DNA from: Pelomyxa schiedti
Lineage: Eukaryota; Protista; Evosea
DNA: 64,000 nucleotides
NCBI GenBank assembly: GCA_020536535.1
Contig: JAHLWZ010000682.1
Location: 1-64,000, forward strand
Reading direction: 5' to 3'
The notes below the pieces were generated by a model. It was not told the origin of the DNA. It did no database searches and was given only the letters and a program-made list of their open reading frames with translations. Shown here one piece after another: positions 48,779-64,000 of the stretch. Position 1 is the first letter of the stretch. Each line of letters begins with the position of its first letter. The translations under genes and the position numbers were made by a program.

Positions 48779-50393
48779 ATGCTTATGGATGCCACGTTGC
48801 CCGCAGCGATGCACGCGTCTGCCGTCGCCGCGGCGGTGGCGGAGAGCTCAGCAGTAGCCGCGGCGGTCTCGGCCGCGGCGGCCTCCGTCCCGCCGTGCCG
48901 CCCCGCCTCGCCCGACGTCCCGCCCCTGACCCCCGAGGAGATCGAGCACGAGATCGCCGCCGAGACCGAGATGCTCTCCGCCGCCACGCAGCGCGGCCGC
49001 CCCCTCGCCGCGGGCCCGGCCGCGGGCAGGGCAGGGGCGGCCGCGGGGGGCGGGGGCGCCGCGGCGGCCCGGGTGGGGGTGCTTGCGGCGGTGGGGGTGG
49101 CGCTGTGGGCGGTGTTCGGGCCGGTGGTGAGCCGGGTCCTGCGGACGCTGCAGTGGCTGGTGATCAGGGCCGCGAGGGTGGGGCCCGTGCCGCGCCACGT
49201 GGCTTTCATAATGGACGGGAACAGGAGGTTCGCGAGGAAGCACCACATGCCTAGCAAGGCGGGGCACGCGGAGGGGTACATTGCCTTATTGCGCGTAACC
49301 TTCCTTTTCTTCTTTATCTTTGGCCGTCCCTCTCCCTCCCCTTCTCTCTCTTTTTTAAGTGTGAAGAAGTTTTTTTTTTTTTTTCCCCAAAAACAAGTGC
49401 TACACTCTTTGTTTTTGGTTTGTAAAGTATTTACGTATTTGTATTTAGACAATGCAATGGTGCTTGGACTTGGGGATTAAAACTATCACGGTGTATGGAT
49501 TTAGCATTGAGAACTTCAATAGACCCCCAGAAGAAGTGGCTGTTATAATGGATCTTGCTGAGCAGAAACTGCGTCAATTCTTAGCTTCTGGACTTGAGTA
49601 TGTGTAAATAACAACTTAGAACCGCAATAAAGGTTCCTTATATTCAATTTATAACAATATTAAGGTAAACAACTCATCTTACCCATCGTCAGTATTCGTG
49701 CAAGGAAAATGGGTGCTTCTCTAAAATTCATTGGCGATCTTTCACGCCTTTCATTGCCCCTACAGGAGCTAATAAAACAAGCGGAATCAAAACTTGATCG
49801 CCATGAGTGAGTTACTTCGCTTTTTTTTAAAAACATAAGGAAATGGAAATTAAAGGCCTCAGAAGCAATAAGATTAACATACCCACCCCCTCTTGACAGG
49901 TTGCAGTTAAATATCTGCTTTTCTTATACTTCTACCTACGAGATAACAAATGCAATAAAACAAGCTGTAGATGGTGTTCAACAGGGCCACTTTACTGTAA
50001 AGTTTGTGCCTCCTCGCGAGATGAGTATTAACAACCCAAAAACTAGTGATATTACACAAGACACAATCGAGCAGCGACTTCTGCTTCAGAGTTCACCATC
50101 ACTCATTGTCCGTACAAGTGGCGAAATGAGGCTCAGTGACTTCTTGCTATGGCAGGTAAATCCAACCCTAACCCTAAGTCCAACTTAAATTCTCCTAGGG
50201 TATAAATTCATATTTCCATGTGACAAAGACATACTGGCCAGAGTTTTCCTTTTTTGAAATGATGAAAGCACTCTTCTGTTACCAAATTCATTGGCCAGAA
50301 CTATCGGTTTCGCTTCTCTCCCTACAACACACTCCTTTTTGTCTAACTAAAAAGAAAACAGAGAAGAGAGCAACAAGCCCTTTCCTATCATGA
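48779..50393 (+). CDS. DHDDS: cis-prenyltransferase (dehydrodolichyl diphosphate synthase catalytic subunit)
   Basis: [66 protein letters not shown]. Confidence 0.9.
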
Positions 50394-50533
50394 GTCTCAA
50401 CACACAAAGACCGAATAAAGGGAAAGAAAAAAAGTTTTTTGCTATGAACTGTTAGGCTAAGAAAATATACACCCACAAAACAACTGTAGTGGAGGGACAA
50501 AAGAAATTGGCTAAGTGGAAATGTACAGTTTTT

Positions 50534-60711
<10,178 letters not shown>

Positions 60712-61004
60712 GATTTTTTTGTTTTCTTTTACCCCCTTTTGGGTGTTCACAGAAGGAAAGGATGGTGATCCTCACACACCCGAAGTTATTTTTCTTAAAT
60801 GATATGCCAGCTTCGTTGTGCCTGCCCAACCACTGAGAGTGACATCTGATCCGGGGAATGATGTATGCAGAAAAGTGAAGAATTTGGCAAATGACTCGGC
60901 GATCAGACAGTATTTTTTTTCGAGTGGTTATTGAGGCTGCGTGAGATCCATTGCGGAATAGCAATAACCATCGCTAAAGTAGTTGACGAGGGCAGTGAGA
61001 GGCC

Positions 61005-64000
61005 ATGTTCGAATGGTTGGTGAGTGACATTTTACTCCGTTTTGTTGGCGATTACGTGAGGCACTTGAACGCTGATCAACTGCGTCTAGATGTCTTATCT
61101 GGTGCGCCTTCCTTCGTGCCCTTTTTTTTTTTTTCCCCTACTTCTCCCCAATTGCACTAGGTCTTGTTGTGCTCAAGGACTTGGAGTTAAAGGCAGATGC
61201 ACTGGCGAAGTTTTCTGACTTGCCTGTTTTTGTGAAACAAGGTTTCTTCGTGGGCTTGTTCTTGTCTTATCTTTTTAGGCTACTTGAAGTCACTTGAACT
61301 AAAACTCCCATGGAAGAGTCTTGGGTCTCAACCTGTCGAAATTAAGATTGATGGTGTTTACCTTGTTGTAGAAAGGGTTAAAGCAACAACCACGACATCT
61401 CCTCAATTTGATTTGGAATCTCTTCATTCCCTTAAAATGAAGAGATTGGCAGCTTATGAAGAAGCTCGCAGCAAACGGACAAATAAACCAAGTTACTTGA
61501 TTACCCCATTTGTCCTCTCTGAACAAGTTCAGGTGTTGAACCTTCAAAACAGTCAGGTAGCACCTTTGGTCAAAGAATTTTGGCAAAAGTGTTGGCAAAC
61601 CTTCAAATCACTCTCACCAATATTCACGTGAGGTACTGTCTTTCCCTGTTGAAGGCTTCGATTTTCACTTTCTACTTTCCTTCAGATATGAAGACACTAA
61701 TGAGCGAGGGGAGTCTTTTGCGATTGGAGTAGCCATTCGTGCAGTGAGAGCTGGTAAGCCCTCACCCTCTCCTTTGTAAGAATAACCTCAGCCAGAATCA
61801 ACCAACTCAAACTGGGAGCCTTGCTTTATCAATACTGATACCCAACTGGATCTTATTTTCAATGTTTGGCTTCATTACTATTCAATAATTTCACCTCTAA
61901 AAGATGGTTACAATTGATAGTTTCTCTGTCTACTGGGACACAGGCTGTACCCATATTGATTCAGATATTAACCTTTTTTCAGAACAGATGACGGCCTTGG
62001 TGATTACTATTTGTTGTTTCAGCATTTACTAACTGCTATTCAGATACCCCCATGCAGTTATCCACATTCATTCATTCTAGAGCCTATATCAGGAAAAATG
62101 AAACTCACTGTGAATAATGCTCAATCTGTGTCAACAACTGCTCCAACACCTAAATACACTGCCAGTATCAATTTCGACAATATATCCATTGAGCTCCACC
62201 ACCAGCAATATGTCAATGGCCTAGAATTGGCCAATACTTTTCACGCACAACGAAAGGCCTTCATAAAGGTTAGGTGCCTACTATCTGTTGATTTGCCCAT
62301 TAAACTCTTGACAGCAACGGAAAGGCAGACCAAGTGTTGAAGTTCATGGGAATGCCAAACTTTGGTGGAAATATGTGCTGAATCGTGTTACAGAAGATGT
62401 TAGGAAACACAAAACATTTAATTGGAGGTTTCTGTCACATAGAAAAGAGCTGAGGTTGAAATATGTGGCACTGTACACCAAAATCATGGATTCTCAGGTA
62501 GCAGAAAAGTTATCAAAAATAATTCTTAGTCTTTACATGGGCTTCACATACAGGCAACTGCTGAAGACAAGCTTGCCCTTGATGCACTAGATAGAGAATT
62601 AAGCTTTGAAGATATCATTTTCTTTCGCTCTCTTGCAACAATTCAGTTGAAGCCAAAACCCACCCCAGAACCCACTGCAGCACCCCAACCACAACCAACG
62701 GCAGTTCAACAACGTGGATGGGTATCCTGGCTGACAATGGGCATGTGGGGAGCTCCTCAAGTCCAAACTACACCACATTTATCTTCAACTACAACAGCCC
62801 CAACACCGACAGCAGCTACCCCACAAAGAATTCTCAATGCAGAGCAACGTCTGGAATTACTAGAAATTTTTGGCTATGATGCAGTTAAGCATGACTTCAT
62901 GCAGGATGGTGCACCCCCAATGCACATACGCATATTTTTTGAACTTGGGGCACTTCATATAGATTTGCGCGGGAAAACCAATACAAAAGTTGCCGAGTTT
63001 TGTGTCCAGCGTACTACTGTTCAGTGGAATTCCACCCCTTCCCACTTTGATGTTAAGGCCACTGTTGGAGGAATTTCTGTGGATGACCTACAAGCTGCAA
63101 ATAGGGGAGAACTGTTTCCCAGAGTTGTGTCTGTTCGCCAGTTGCCACCAACAGCATGCCCGACAAGGGAAATCACTGGTTTACCAGACCAAACCTCTCC
63201 ACAAGCCATGTTTGAATTTTCATTGGAGAACAGGCCTCCTGAAAGTGATGCTGATTATGTTCTTTCGATGCGTTTGCTCCCACTGGAAGTGATAGTGTCA
63301 CCTTCAACTATTCATCGGGTAGGTAGTGGCACAAAATGCAGCACATCTAATTTGACCATTTGGCAGGTGTGCTCTTTCTTTTATGTTCCCAAGAATGTCC
63401 ATATCGATACTGTGACTGGTGGAGTAAATGAGTGGTTATCACAAAAAACTACAGTGAACTGGCGTGAAGCACTGGAGAACCACATTAAAGTTCGGCCCCT
63501 CACTGCTCCCCCTTTTTTCATGCAGTCTTTCTCAATAATTGACAGGTTGACATGGATGTAGATTTACATGCCCCAGTGTTGATTATTCCACAAAATAACA
63601 CTGCAGGCACACCTCTACTAATCTTGGACCTTGGTAGACTTCGTATAAAGGTGTGGCCTAGATAGTGTGCAACTAATAAATTTTTGTAGAGCGAACTTGG
63701 CTCAAAAAGTGAACCCTTGGAACACTTAGAGACAACTGCATATGACCACTACAACCTCCAAGCCTCTGATATACACACGTTGCTCATGTATTCGTCTGAT
63801 GGAGACTGGCGTAACCAAGTTTCTGCCAATGCCTTTCCTCTCATCCCACCCTTCGCCATCAACCTCAGATTGAGCCAATTTGTTCTGGATACCAACGAAA
63901 CCCATTATAAACTGAAAGCCGCCGGTTCAATTCCTGACTTGCATGTGAAGCTATCTGGGGAAATTGTTCAAATAGTGAAGAATATTTTGGAAAGCTCTGC
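61005..64000 (+). CDS. VPS13: VPS13-family lipid transfer protein, 5' part (runs off the window)
   Basis: Chorein-N motifs MFEWLVSDILLRFVGDYV, LKDLELKADAL, LPVFVKQG|YLKSLELKLPWKSLGSQPVEIKIDGVYLVV. Later WWKYVL and DLHAPVLIIP..LDLGRL-like segments. Confidence 0.9.

Noticed and set aside
48589-49452. 287-aa minus-strand ORF and other frames over DHDDS exon 1
   Set aside because: GC-rich shadow ORFs; the + frame carries the cis-prenyltransferase motifs.

Overview
Gene-dense eukaryotic DNA with many short (about 45-75 nt) GT-AG introns and tiny intergenic spaces. It resembles an amoebozoan or other free-living protist; an archamoeba-like source is only a guess. No rRNA, tRNA, CRISPR array or recognisable transposon was seen, and there is one 100-N gap (32289-32388). 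About 18 spliced genes could be reconstructed by eye. The routine ones are a DENN+WD40 protein, an M28 peptidase, an MFS transporter, a THUMP methyltransferase, a cis-prenyltransferase, a USP9/24/34-like deubiquitinase and the 5' part of VPS13. The strongest signal is a set of unusual phospholipase-domain fusions. (1) Two tandem NLR-like genes encode cPLA2 catalytic domain - NACHT - ankyrin-like - LRR. (2) A roughly 1,900-aa gene encodes a degenerate dynamin-like GTPase - pseudokinase - intact patatin - UBZ finger. (3) A catalytically dead PI-PLC is fused to a PP2C-like phosphatase. Also unusual are a B-box/coiled-coil protein ending in an olfactomedin domain, a TFIIB with a long Pro/Gln extension, and a sirtuin with a possible CAP-C-like beta-helix. 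All domain calls come from motif recognition by eye, with no database searches; splice models are manual.
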